Positions 26,566-35,632 of a stretch of DNA of 64,000 nucleotides are shown in pieces. A model generated the notes under the pieces. That model did no database searches and was not told the origin of the DNA. It was given only the letters and a program-made list of their open reading frames with translations. The position numbers and the translations under genes are program-made. How positions within the stretch are numbered: position 1 is the stretch's first letter; each line of letters starts with the position of its first letter. The DNA is from Lachnospiraceae bacterium (GTDB taxonomy: Bacteria > Pseudomonadota > Alphaproteobacteria > RF32 > CAG-239): contig CAVBCV010000003.1 of assembly GCA_963594125.1 (NCBI GenBank), forward strand, positions 22,797-86,796, written 5' to 3'.

Positions 26566-26594
26566 TTGACGAGAATGAAAAGATACGTTAAATA
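26566..26594 (+). promoter_or_regulatory. Putative promoter of tRNA-Ser
   Basis: TTGACG, 17-nt spacer, TAAATA. It ends 13 nt before the mature tRNA 5' end. Confidence 0.45.
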
Positions 26595-26607
26595 TAATCG
26601 CAACCAC

Positions 26608-26696
26608 GGAGAGTTGGCAGAGTGGTAATGCAGCGGATTGCTAATCCGTCATCGTGTTAAAGCGATGCACAGGTTCGAGTCCTGTACTCTCCGCCA
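26608..26696 (+). tRNA. tRNA-Ser (anticodon GCU), CCA encoded
   Basis: Acceptor stem GGAGAGT/ACTCTCC. Anticodon loop TTGCTAA. Long variable arm CATCG..CGATG. T-loop GGTTCGAGTCC. 3' GCCA. Confidence 0.95.
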
Positions 26697-26700
26697 TTAA

Positions 26701-26727
26701 AAAGGAAACGCAAGTTTCCTTTTTTTG
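26701..26727 (+). terminator. Rho-independent terminator after tRNA-Ser
   Basis: GGAAAC-GCAA-GTTTCC stem-loop followed by T7. Confidence 0.75.
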
Positions 26728-26742
26728 TTTCCGACATATACC

Positions 26743-26764
26743 GGTTAGTACAGGACGCGAACCT
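26743..26764 (-). repeat. Inverted partial copy of the tRNA-Ser 3' end (T-arm and acceptor)
   Basis: The reverse complement AGGTTCGCGTCCTGTACT matches the tRNA sequence AGGTTCGAGTCCTGTACT at 17 of 18 positions. Confidence 0.6.
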
Positions 26765-26788
26765 ATAATGATAAGGTGAATTTAAAAA

Positions 26789-27049
26789 ATGAACATATTT
26801 GCTGAAATTATCGGCTATATTGCCGGATTATGTATTGCCACTTGTTTTTTGCCGCAGACTTTGCAAACCATTAAAAGTAAAAATGTAAAAGACTTGTCAT
26901 TGATAAGCTATATCATCTATTGCACCGGAATGATTTGTTGGGTGATTTACGGCATATATTTACACTCAGTACAGATGATTCTGTTTAATTTAATTTCGCT
27001 TTATTTTGCCGGTACTATTTTATACATGATTGTTCGGTACAAAAAATAA
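26789..27049 (+). CDS. SemiSWEET / PQ-loop family small transporter
   Basis: 86 aa with three TM helices and an LPQ motif in TM1 (CFLPQTLQTIKSK). Confidence 0.75.
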   Translation: MNIFAEIIGYIAGLCIATCFLPQTLQTIKSKNVKDLSLISYIIYCTGMICWVIYGIYLHSVQMILFNLISLYFAGTILYMIVRYKK

Positions 27050-27093
27050 ACTTTAAAAACAACCGGTTAGTCTGCCATTGGGCGGGCTTGCGA

Positions 27094-27133
27094 CCACCCC
27101 GCCTTCGGCACTCCTCCATAGAGGGTAATTTTT
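27094..27133. repeat. REP-like element, copy 3 (degenerate first hairpin)
   Basis: CCACCCCGCCTTCGGCACTCCTCCATAGAGGGTAATTT. Confidence 0.7.
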
Positions 27134-27145
27134 AATTGCGGATTT

Positions 27146-27243
27146 AAATACAACTTATGCACAGCATGGACTCGTAAATATTGCAAAAAAAAAACGCGAG
27201 CTAAAATCTTCTCAAAATTAACATTTTGAAAGGATTTTAGCTC
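27146..27243 (+). promoter_or_regulatory. Shared promoter/leader element, copy 2, drives the pilin-like gene
   Basis: Homologous to the reverse complement of 5981..6078. TTGCAA (27181-27186), A10 tract (27185-27194), TAAAAT (27202-27207), hairpin arms 27200-27217 / 27224-27241, then ATG at 27244. Confidence 0.6.
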
Positions 27244-28071
27244 ATGTATACATATTTTAACCGCTTTTTACACTACATGCTGTCACACTCCGATGCAGAA
27301 CCGCAGTCCACCCCTATGTTGTCATATTCGGGCTTGACCCGAATATCCAGGTGGGGCAAATTTGCTAATTGGTTTGACCTGGACACTCCGATCAAGTCGG
27401 AGTGTGACAGTATGGGGAAGGACGCATCGCTCAAGCCCGATGGTGACAACATAGAGAATGTTGGTCGGTCTATGGTAGAGATGCTGGGCGTGCTCGCGAT
27501 TATTGGAGTTTTAAGCGTTGGGGCGATAAGCGGTTATAGCAAAGCAATGTTTAAGTATAAGCTTAACCGGCATGCGGAAGCGGTTAATATGCTTATAAAT
27601 AATGTGCTGCAACTCAAAGGGCAGCTGCTAATCGGGCAAAATGAAGAAAAATGTTACGGCACCTTGTTTAAACAAATAAATTTGATACCGGACGGAATAA
27701 ATTATCGCAATAACTGCCAATTAGAAGATAGCTTCTTTAACGGTAATATAAAAATTTATCGTAATACTCAGAAACAGCAAAATTTTGGCGGCTTGTGTTT
27801 TTATTTACCGGTATCATCGCAAGGCGAGGAGATATGCCGTAATATTTTGTTTGCCGCTAAAGAAAATGCTGATAATTTATGGATAGTTGAACTTATAAAA
27901 TATATGTCTGATTCCAGTGTGGAATATTCTGAAAAATCTATTTACGGCAATAATTATTGCAATCAAGGTGACAAATGTTTGTATAACATGACGCTTAATG
28001 ATACGGAAGTTCTTTGTAATGTATGTGACGGAGTGTCATGTGGTTTGTGCGTGTTAATGAGCTATAAATAG
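27244..28071 (+). CDS. Prepilin-type N-terminal cleavage/methylation-domain protein (pilin or pseudopilin-like), start uncertain
   Basis: Class III signal G/RSMVEMLGVLAIIGVLSVGAISG, with Glu at +5, sits at residues 75-97. In-frame alternative starts exist at 27412 and 27472. The first 70 codons are occupied by a palindromic element. Confidence 0.6.
   Translation: MYTYFNRFLHYMLSHSDAEPQSTPMLSYSGLTRISRWGKFANWFDLDTPIKSECDSMGKDASLKPDGDNIENVGRSMVEMLGVLAIIGVLSVGAISGYSKAMFKYKLNRHAEAVNMLINNVLQLKGQLLIGQNEEKCYGTLFKQINLIPDGINYRNNCQLEDSFFNGNIKIYRNTQKQQNFGGLCFYLPVSSQGEEICRNILFAAKENADNLWIVELIKYMSDSSVEYSEKSIYGNNYCNQGDKCLYNMTLNDTEVLCNVCDGVSCGLCVLMSYK
27281..27454. repeat. Nested/interleaved palindromic element inside the 5' end of the pilin-like ORF
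   Basis: A perfect 13-nt inverted repeat (IR): 27281-27293 / 27397-27409. A 24-nt IR matching at 21 of 24: 27314-27337 / 27431-27454. Local hairpins at 27324-27346, 27347-27382 and 27383-27405. Confidence 0.75.
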
Positions 28072-28165
28072 AATAAAAGTTAATGTAACGCATTAAACTA
28101 AAAGGGTGATTAAAAAACACTCTTTTGTCGCATAATGTATATTATGTATACAAAGAGGGCGAAAA

Positions 28166-29746
28166 TTACAATAAAGAGGCTTTTATTAACGTTTTGGCAT
28201 ATTCTGACTGCGGATTTGCAAACACATCGTCCGTAGCGCCTTGCTCAATTATTTTGCCGTCTTTCATCACGGCAACGCTATCCGCAATCGCTCGCACAGC
28301 GCGCATGTCATGCGATATAAATACATAAGCTATGTTATATTTTTGCTGCAACTCACTAAGCAATTTAATAATTTGCGCCTGAATGGTTACGTCAAGCGCT
28401 GAAGTCGGCTCGTCTAAAATTACTAATTTCGGATTGACAATCAGCGCTCTGGCAATGGCTATGCGCTGACGTTGTCCGCCGGAAAATTCATGCGGATATT
28501 TATACAAGTCATTTGCAGTTAAACCGACTTCTGACAACATAGTAATAACTTTTTGCTTAATTTCTGCGTTTTTTAAGCGCGGAAAATGCACTTTTAAGCC
28601 TTCAGCGACAATTTCAAGCACATTTAAACGCGGATTTAATGAATTGTACGGATCCTGAAACACAATTTGCACATTTTTACGGAACTCGCGGCTGTTTATA
28701 TTAAAGCCTGCCAATTCTATTGTTCCGGAAAATTTAATCATATTGGCTAAGCACATGCCCAGCGTGGTTTTGCCGGAGCCGCTCTCGCCGACCAAGCCTA
28801 AAGTTTGCCCTTGATAGAGCTTCAGCGACACATTATTTACGGCAAACAGACGTTTGGTAACCCTGCCCCAAAAGCTTTTTTCCAGAGGATAACTGACCGT
28901 TATGTTACGGGCACTTAGGACATCTTCGCTAAATATTTTTTTGTTTGTTTTCAATAGTGAATAAGCTTGTATTAATTTTTTAGTATAACTATCTTGCGGG
29001 TGTAAAAATATACTTTCAGCCTCTCCGCTTTCAACAATCTTGCCGTTTTTCATCACAATTATTTTATCGGCAATTTTGCGCACCAAGCGTAAATCATGAC
29101 TAATAAACAGCACTGACATATTAAATTTGTTTTTTAAGTTGAGCAGCAAATTAATGATTTGCTCTTGAATTGTAACGTCTAGCGCGGTTGTCGGTTCATC
29201 GGCGATTAAAATTTGCGGATTGTTGGCAATTGCCATAGCTATCATCACGCGCTGACGCTGCCCGCCGGAAAGCTCATGCGGATAAGCGTTGAATCTTGCC
29301 GCCGGATTTTTAATGCCAGCTAATTTTAAGAGCCTTACAGTTTGTCTTTTGGCTTGTTTTAACGTAATTTTTTGGTGCATAAGCAGATTTTCAGCCACTT
29401 GATGACCAATTTTGTGCAGCGGATTTAATGATGACATCGGCTCTTGAAAAATAAAACCGATTTGCCCGCCGCGAATTTGCCGTAAATCTTTTTCAGGCGC
29501 GCCAATCAGTTCCTTTCCGTGCAATTTTATGGAAGAATTGTCCGAAAGTTTGGCTTTGCCGCGCGGCAATAAGCCTAAAACAGACAATGCGGTTACTGAT
29601 TTACCGGAGCCGCTCTCGCCGACGATGCCCAACACCTCGCCTTTTTTAAGACTAAATGAAATATCATCAACGGCGGCAAACGGAGCGGCGTTGTCACGAT
29701 TAAAACCGACCGATAAATTTTTAACTTCAAGCACTTGTTCGGTCAT
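28166..29746 (-). CDS. yejF: ABC transporter ATP-binding protein with two fused ATPase domains (YejF-like)
   Basis: 526 aa. Two Walker A motifs (GESGSGKS, GESGSGKT), two LSGGQRQR signatures, and oligopeptide-type C-terminal extensions. Confidence 0.85.
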   Translation of the reverse strand: MTEQVLEVKNLSVGFNRDNAAPFAAVDDISFSLKKGEVLGIVGESGSGKSVTALSVLGLLPRGKAKLSDNSSIKLHGKELIGAPEKDLRQIRGGQIGFIFQEPMSSLNPLHKIGHQVAENLLMHQKITLKQAKRQTVRLLKLAGIKNPAARFNAYPHELSGGQRQRVMIAMAIANNPQILIADEPTTALDVTIQEQIINLLLNLKNKFNMSVLFISHDLRLVRKIADKIIVMKNGKIVESGEAESIFLHPQDSYTKKLIQAYSLLKTNKKIFSEDVLSARNITVSYPLEKSFWGRVTKRLFAVNNVSLKLYQGQTLGLVGESGSGKTTLGMCLANMIKFSGTIELAGFNINSREFRKNVQIVFQDPYNSLNPRLNVLEIVAEGLKVHFPRLKNAEIKQKVITMLSEVGLTANDLYKYPHEFSGGQRQRIAIARALIVNPKLVILDEPTSALDVTIQAQIIKLLSELQQKYNIAYVFISHDMRAVRAIADSVAVMKDGKIIEQGATDDVFANPQSEYAKTLIKASLL

Positions 29747-30759
29747 TGGGTTTTCCTTGTGTCAAAAGCATCGCGCACGCCCTCGCCGATAAAAATCAGC
29801 AAAGTCAACAATCCGGATAGCACAATAAAAATGGTAATGCCAATCCACGGAGCTTGCAGGTTGTCTTTACCTTGCCGGACTAAATCGCCCAATGACGGAT
29901 AATCGCCCGATAGTCCTAACCCCAAAAAGTCAAGCGAGGTTAGCGCCACAATGGCTTCCGATAAAATAAACGGAATAAATGTTACACTGGTGACTAAAGC
30001 ATTGGGCAATATGTGTCTGAAAATAATACGAAAATTACCAACTCCCAATGCTTTGGCCGCAGCCACATATTCAAAATTACGGGTGCGCAAAAACTCAGCG
30101 CGCACCATAGAAGTTAAAGAAGTCCATGAAAACAACATTAAAATCAGCAAGATTGTCCAAAATGTAGGTAAAAATACGCTGGCAACAATGATTAAAATAA
30201 AAAGCTGCGGCAAAGATTCCCAAATTTCAATAAAACGTTGCAAAATCAAATCGGTTTTGCCGCCGAAATAGCCCTGAACAGCGCCGATAGTAATGCCGAT
30301 AACTGAAGAAAATAAGGTGAGCAAAAAGGCAAACAGCACGGATAATCTGATTCCGTATAAAATGCGGGCGGCAATATCCCTGCCCTCATCATCAGTGCCT
30401 AAAAGGTGGTGCTTATCAGGCGCTGACGGAACCGGAGTGTTGATTTCATAGTCAACGGTGTTGTATGAAAAAGGTATCGGCGGCATTATCATCCAACCGT
30501 TATTTTTGATATTTTCCGCAATATATTTATCCTGATAATCGGCAGGCGTCGGGAAATCGCCGCCAAAAAATTCATCGGTATAGGTTGTAAGTATCGGAAA
30601 ATAAAAATGCCCTTTATACTTTAGCAATAACGGCTTATCGTTGGCAATCAGCTCGGAAAACAACGACACGGCAAAAATCAAAATAAACAATACGGCTGAA
30701 ATTTTAGCCCGTTTATTTTGCTTAAAAGCGGTAAATCGTTGTTTCCAAACCGGACTCAT
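29743..30759 (-). CDS. yejE: ABC transporter permease, YejE-like (microcin C/peptide importer family)
   Basis: 338 aa, colinear with E. coli YejE. Contains ELIANDKPLL, LGTD..GRD, VRAEFLRTRNF.Y..AA.ALG and QAPW.GIT. Confidence 0.85.
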   Translation of the reverse strand: MSPVWKQRFTAFKQNKRAKISAVLFILIFAVSLFSELIANDKPLLLKYKGHFYFPILTTYTDEFFGGDFPTPADYQDKYIAENIKNNGWMIMPPIPFSYNTVDYEINTPVPSAPDKHHLLGTDDEGRDIAARILYGIRLSVLFAFLLTLFSSVIGITIGAVQGYFGGKTDLILQRFIEIWESLPQLFILIIVASVFLPTFWTILLILMLFSWTSLTSMVRAEFLRTRNFEYVAAAKALGVGNFRIIFRHILPNALVTSVTFIPFILSEAIVALTSLDFLGLGLSGDYPSLGDLVRQGKDNLQAPWIGITIFIVLSGLLTLLIFIGEGVRDAFDTRKTQ

Positions 30760-32786
30760 TCGTTATTTGTCTCTTTCAGCAATAACTCATTTTTCAATTC
30801 AGGCGTATCGTTATCTTGCGGATTGGACGCATTTTCAGATTGCGATTTGTCTTTGGTGACAATATCAGGTTTGACATCATCGTTGATTTTGTTAATGTAG
30901 CACCATTTCGCATACCATTTTTCAAAACCAGGAATCGCCTGATTTGCCTGCTCTTGCGTTATATCAAGTAATTGCAGCTTGCGTTGCAGTTCATCTTTTA
31001 AGCTTTGGTGAATATTAATTGATTCTAAGCCTTTGCAGATGCCGTCATGATAAATGTACTGGCGCAAAATGTCTTGCGTGCGGCATACGCTGTTATCTAA
31101 GGTCAACTGCTTGTTATTAGGCGATTTAATGGCAAGCATTGACATTTTATCATACAAAAAGCTATTGATAAAATCATCATACGGAATATTGCGGAAATCA
31201 TCAACGCTGGACATGCCGTTGATAACAATAACCGACTTATTTAACAAACCGGCGTTGTCAAGTTTGTTGATAAATTCTTGCATTTTGCCGAACAAACATT
31301 GGGTTTGGTCTAAATAACCGTTGCGTTTGGCCATGCTGTTATCGGTTTTTATCCATGGCATATTTTCCATATTAACCCACTGCTCGCGCGGTTTAATATT
31401 GCAAAATTCGTCATATACAAACATATCGGACGGAATATCGGCATAAACAAAATAAGCCTGCGCGCCTTTATCATTAATTACATCTTCGGCTAAAATATCA
31501 AAGGTTTTAACAGAATTGATAACATACAGGTTGTTATAATTTATACCGACCATCGGCATGGTTTCAGGCTGCCCGATAATGCGCAAAGCCTGATAAATAC
31601 CGGACATATCCTTGAAGATTTTCATGCTTGAAATCCACTCAATCAAGAGCACCTGCGAGCGCTCAATGGAGCTCATGCTTGAGCTGTATAAGTTAACCGG
31701 ACGATTTAATTTTTCCATACATCTGTCAACGTTAAACACGTGATTTTTATGGCATAAATCAAACCCGCGCGATTTATAGGCGGATATTTTATATCCGGCT
31801 TTGCGGAAAGTATCAAACATCTGGTTATCTTTTAAGAAAATATATTCATCATTTACATTAAAAAACTTCCAGTATTTGTATATCATCATGGTATCTAAAA
31901 TATGCTTGGACGCGGCATCATCGCTAAACAAATTTACTGCCAACACCATGTTAATGAACGAATTATTTTCTTCATTATAAGAGTTTGAAAATACACTGAA
32001 TTTATTTTTAGCGTAAAAGCCGTTTATCAATTTGGTAACATTTTGAGCTTTGGCATCGTTAATACTGTAAAAATACTTAGTGGCTGCCAAGTTGGGCAGC
32101 ATAAAATAAATAAACTTTTTATCATCATCGGAAGAATAATCTTTAAGTTGCGATTGATAAAGCTCAATAAAATCATGCTGATTGCGCATGTTGTTAACTT
32201 CATGGCGCAAAATTCCGGCAAACGCTACCACAAACAGCAACACATATATCGCCAAAATTATGACATGGGCGCGCCAAAAGAGCCATAATACCAACAATGA
32301 GAGCAAGACCGAAACCACAACATAAGAGCCGACATACAAAAATTGCGGTGTGGACGAGCCTAAAAAATTCTGCACATATTCGCCCAAAAAGGTTTGCGTA
32401 TCAAATTGCGCGAACTGGTTAAACAGCACGATTGAAAACCAACAAGTTACCAATGCGCAGATAATATTCTGTACCCATGATGAAAAAGAGGTGATAATCA
32501 TCAAGACTGTTGACAGAGCAAGCATAAAGGTCATCAGACCAACCAGCTCCGCCGCCAAAACAAAATTGGCGCCGAAAATATTCAGATTGCCGGAATCGGT
32601 GAACAAAACCAAGTCAATCGCCATTAACAAAAAGATATACAAGGCTTTTAACAAAGTGCTGAGTATTAAAATCGGGATTTTATGTTTTTGTGGATTTTTA
32701 TGACCGCGGAAAAATTTTTCACTTTCAAAAGTCAGCGGTGAGCGAAAATGACGTGTATACATTTTTATTAATCCTGTTATTGTCAA
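30756..32786 (-). CDS. Polytopic membrane protein with a large C-terminal alkaline-phosphatase/sulfatase-like domain, possibly catalytically degenerate
   Basis: About 6 N-terminal TM helices. The C-terminus has a sulfatase-like layout (FIYFMLPNL early, YLDQTQCLFGKMQEFINKLDNAGLLNKSVIVINGMS late), but I do not see the usual GDH(G)-type residues. 4-nt overlap with yejE. Confidence 0.5.
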   Translation of the reverse strand: MTITGLIKMYTRHFRSPLTFESEKFFRGHKNPQKHKIPILILSTLLKALYIFLLMAIDLVLFTDSGNLNIFGANFVLAAELVGLMTFMLALSTVLMIITSFSSWVQNIICALVTCWFSIVLFNQFAQFDTQTFLGEYVQNFLGSSTPQFLYVGSYVVVSVLLSLLVLWLFWRAHVIILAIYVLLFVVAFAGILRHEVNNMRNQHDFIELYQSQLKDYSSDDDKKFIYFMLPNLAATKYFYSINDAKAQNVTKLINGFYAKNKFSVFSNSYNEENNSFINMVLAVNLFSDDAASKHILDTMMIYKYWKFFNVNDEYIFLKDNQMFDTFRKAGYKISAYKSRGFDLCHKNHVFNVDRCMEKLNRPVNLYSSSMSSIERSQVLLIEWISSMKIFKDMSGIYQALRIIGQPETMPMVGINYNNLYVINSVKTFDILAEDVINDKGAQAYFVYADIPSDMFVYDEFCNIKPREQWVNMENMPWIKTDNSMAKRNGYLDQTQCLFGKMQEFINKLDNAGLLNKSVIVINGMSSVDDFRNIPYDDFINSFLYDKMSMLAIKSPNNKQLTLDNSVCRTQDILRQYIYHDGICKGLESINIHQSLKDELQRKLQLLDITQEQANQAIPGFEKWYAKWCYINKINDDVKPDIVTKDKSQSENASNPQDNDTPELKNELLLKETNNE

Positions 32787-32852
32787 TAGTTGCTTTATTA
32801 TTTACACATACGCCGGCAATAACAAGTTTTTATACATACCTATCCACAATAA

Positions 32853-32889
32853 TAAAAAAAGCGGAGAAATAAATCCCCGCTTTTTTTTG
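32853..32889 (-). terminator. Rho-independent terminator of rpsD
   Basis: On the minus strand, a GCGGGG...CTCCGC stem followed by U7. Confidence 0.7.
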
Positions 32890-32905
32890 TAGTAATATTT
32901 CCGGA

Positions 32906-33520
32906 CTATCTGGAGTAAAACTCAATAACCAGATTCGGTTCCATAAGAGCCGCATACGGAATATCATCAAATTTCGGTACAAAAGTATATTTTGCCGACA
33001 ATTTTTTGTTGTCAACTTCCAAATAAGACGGAGCTTCACGACCCTGTGATTCAACAGAAGCTACAACCAAAGCCATAGATTTTGATTTTTCTCTGACTTC
33101 AATAACATCGCCAACTTTAACCATGTAAGAAGGAATGTTTACTTTTTTGCCGTTTACGGTTACATGACCGTGATTTACAAACTGACGAGCAGCAAATACG
33201 GTCGGAACAAATTTAGCTTTGTATACCAAGTTGTCCAAACGTGATTCAAGCAAACCAACCAAGTTTTCAGCAGCGTCACCTGTACGACGAATAGCTTCGG
33301 CGTAATATTTGTGGAACTGTTTTTCTGAAATGTTACCATAGTAGGTTTTCAATTTTTGTTTTGCATATAATTGCTCGCCGTAGTCAGTGGTCTTTTTTCT
33401 TCTTTGACCATGTTGACCAGGAGCATAGCTGCGTTTGTTAATCGGGCTGTTGGCATCACCCCAAAGGTTTACGCCATAGCGACGGCTGGGTTTTTTCTTT
33501 GCAGAAACGATACTTTTCAT
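32906..33520 (-). CDS. rpsD: 30S ribosomal protein S4
   Basis: 204 aa. Contains [24 protein letters not shown], and an S4 RNA-binding domain. Confidence 0.97.
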   Translation of the reverse strand: MKSIVSAKKKPSRRYGVNLWGDANSPINKRSYAPGQHGQRRKKTTDYGEQLYAKQKLKTYYGNISEKQFHKYYAEAIRRTGDAAENLVGLLESRLDNLVYKAKFVPTVFAARQFVNHGHVTVNGKKVNIPSYMVKVGDVIEVREKSKSMALVVASVESQGREAPSYLEVDNKKLSAKYTFVPKFDDIPYAALMEPNLVIEFYSR

Positions 33521-33680
33521 AAAATTAAATCCTTATATTGTTATTAGGTTATTGTCCCGATAGTTTTAAACATGAATTTAAAACGGGATACATGTATCCG
33601 CTTTCTCGGAAGTGAGTGTAAAATAATACAAAATAATCAAATATGCAAGCAAAAAATTTGCCATAATATCAATTAGTAAC

Positions 33681-34778
33681 CTATAAGCTAAGATTAAGAC
33701 CGAAAGATATAACCGCCGCCGGTGAATTTTTATCTTCAAAGCCGCGTTTTAAGTATAATTGCGCGTCGGAAAGCACTGATAAATTGTTGTTTATGCTGTA
33801 ATTATAATATGTTTCAATTATGTGCTCGCAGCGGTTATAAACCTTTGTATCAGTTGCTTTTTTATTTATTTTATTGATAGAGTACGCCACTCCTAAGCTG
33901 TCATTTTGCGAACGATTAAACGGGTTGTTATAAAGCAAGCCTGCCGTATATGAATGGTCAGCAATATTATTGCCGGTTGAGCCGTTTAACCTAAAAAACA
34001 GACTATGTTTATCGCTGATGTCTTGCGCTAAATACAATGACCATCCCTGCCCCGAGTATGCTGATTTTTTAACATTAGGTTTGTTATACAGCAACAAGCT
34101 GTATGAACCTTGGTAACGGCTGTAAATTTTAGGAACATAATTTACGGACGCAAAATATGAGTTTTTAGCAAAATGATTAAAACGTATTCCGTCCGCCGTC
34201 GGATTAGAGGCATCAATAAGCCCCAAACTCAAAACCATATTCGGGTTTAAGTAAGCTTGCGTATAAGCCCCAATACCCGCAGTCGGGTAAATAAAGGTGG
34301 TGTTTTGTGATGTCGCGGAGTTTAAAAAGTAATAACGCTGCAAATCACTTGCAATCGGGCTGTCAAATTTTGCAATCGGAATTTGTCCGATGGCGACAGT
34401 TATGTTGTTGTATTCGTTTGGTAAATTGTATGAAAGATACAGCTCATATAACTCATTATAATCAGTATCATAACTGTTAAATAAAGTGGCAATTTTTTGC
34501 CGCGCAGCCGCTTCTGCCGGTTTGGTGTGTGGAAATCTTACAATATTCATTGAAAAATTAAAATCCGTTTTGCCATATTTATTGTCTGAAAGGTTTTTAT
34601 TTAAATAAGGCGTAATCAACAGCTGCGATATGTTTTGCGATTTTACATTTTGGAAGCGATAAATGCCGTCTACTCCAAAATTAACATTGTATTGCTCTTC
34701 AATATCTTGTTTGTTTAATGCTTGGGTCTGAGCCGCGCACAGCAAAAGCATTATGGCCAAAAGTAATTTTCGGGTCAT
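33681..34778 (-). CDS. Outer-membrane beta-barrel porin, OprB (carbohydrate-selective porin)-like
   Basis: Signal peptide ending AQTQA. Alternating beta-strand pattern. The C-terminal EHIIETYYNYSINNNLSVLSDAQLY...ISFGLNLSL resembles the OprB family end. Confidence 0.6.
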   Translation of the reverse strand: MTRKLLLAIMLLLCAAQTQALNKQDIEEQYNVNFGVDGIYRFQNVKSQNISQLLITPYLNKNLSDNKYGKTDFNFSMNIVRFPHTKPAEAAARQKIATLFNSYDTDYNELYELYLSYNLPNEYNNITVAIGQIPIAKFDSPIASDLQRYYFLNSATSQNTTFIYPTAGIGAYTQAYLNPNMVLSLGLIDASNPTADGIRFNHFAKNSYFASVNYVPKIYSRYQGSYSLLLYNKPNVKKSAYSGQGWSLYLAQDISDKHSLFFRLNGSTGNNIADHSYTAGLLYNNPFNRSQNDSLGVAYSINKINKKATDTKVYNRCEHIIETYYNYSINNNLSVLSDAQLYLKRGFEDKNSPAAVISFGLNLSL

Positions 34779-34810
34779 TTTGTGGTCCTTATTAAAAATG
34801 TTGCGTTATA

Positions 34811-35632
34811 TCAGATAGCTAACTTGTTTAAATGATAATCAACCAGTTCTCCGCCGTAACAAACAACGTTGGAAATTCCGTAAGATAGTTTTTTGATATA
34901 AAATGTGACCGGAACGCCTTTATAATTCCATTCTATACGGTCAAAAAACTCGGTATCCTGCCGGATAACTTCCGCATGCTTGCTCATGGCTTCTATAACT
35001 GCCGCGGCATCATCTTTGGTTAAGGCATTATCACTAATCCAGCGTGAATACGGATTGTCTGTTTTGCCGTTCAAAGTATTTAAATTTAAGGTTTTAAGAC
35101 TGATGGTTTTAATGTTGGGATAGGTATCAATATATTGCTTGATTTCCGCCAAATAATCCGCAAAGCTTTTGTCTTTTAACATTACGTAATTAAGCCGTAT
35201 ATTTGCTTTTGCAAACAGCGGCGAGTTGATGTAATCTTGATTATATCCTAAAATTTTCATATCTTTGTTGCTGTCAAAATCAACTCTGGTAATTTCAATG
35301 ATAAAGTCATTTTTAATCAGCTCCAGCTTATCCGGCTCAAAGAATATGTTACCGGACGATTGAAAGCGTTTTTCATCAAAAATATTGACTTTGCGGGTTG
35401 CCTCAACTACTTTACGGATAGTTTCATAACTGTGTAATGAAGGCTCTCCGTTGCCGCAAAATATAAAATAACGGAAATTGATGTTTTTTGACTTTAAGTA
35501 ATTAAATTTAGCTTCCAGTTCGTCAACTTTATCATCAACCGGCGGCCATTTGGTTATTTTTGCGGTGCAATACGGGCAATTTTTGTTGCATCTAAAAGAT
35601 GACAAAATCAGTTCAAATTCTTTGTATTTCAT
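34811..35632 (-). CDS. Small radical-SAM enzyme of unassigned subfamily
   Basis: 273 aa. Contains CNKNCPYC (CxxxCxxC) at residues 15-22 and FCGNGEPS. A GGAGG SD sequence lies inside the upstream gene, and the ATG follows the upstream TAA directly. Confidence 0.8.
   Translation of the reverse strand: MKYKEFELILSSFRCNKNCPYCTAKITKWPPVDDKVDELEAKFNYLKSKNINFRYFIFCGNGEPSLHSYETIRKVVEATRKVNIFDEKRFQSSGNIFFEPDKLELIKNDFIIEITRVDFDSNKDMKILGYNQDYINSPLFAKANIRLNYVMLKDKSFADYLAEIKQYIDTYPNIKTISLKTLNLNTLNGKTDNPYSRWISDNALTKDDAAAVIEAMSKHAEVIRQDTEFFDRIEWNYKGVPVTFYIKKLSYGISNVVCYGGELVDYHLNKLAI

Noticed and set aside
5981-27243. The two inverted leader copies as the ends of a 21-kb invertible segment
   Set aside because: The copies are only about 100 bp long and about 80 percent identical. 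The interval contains essential genes (argS, rnhA), and no recombinase is present. A shared portable promoter explains the data better. Only read-level evidence could revive the inversion idea.
28125-28328. 67-aa plus-strand ORF downstream of the pilin-like gene
   Set aside because: It overlaps the 3' end of yejF on the opposite strand, and its sequence is low-complexity antisense of an ABC ATPase.
33584-33597. GGATACATGTATCC palindrome as terminator of the porin operon
   Set aside because: The stem would be only about 5 bp with a 4-nt loop and a poor U-tract, which is too weak to call as a terminator. It is mentioned only as a second GATACA site.
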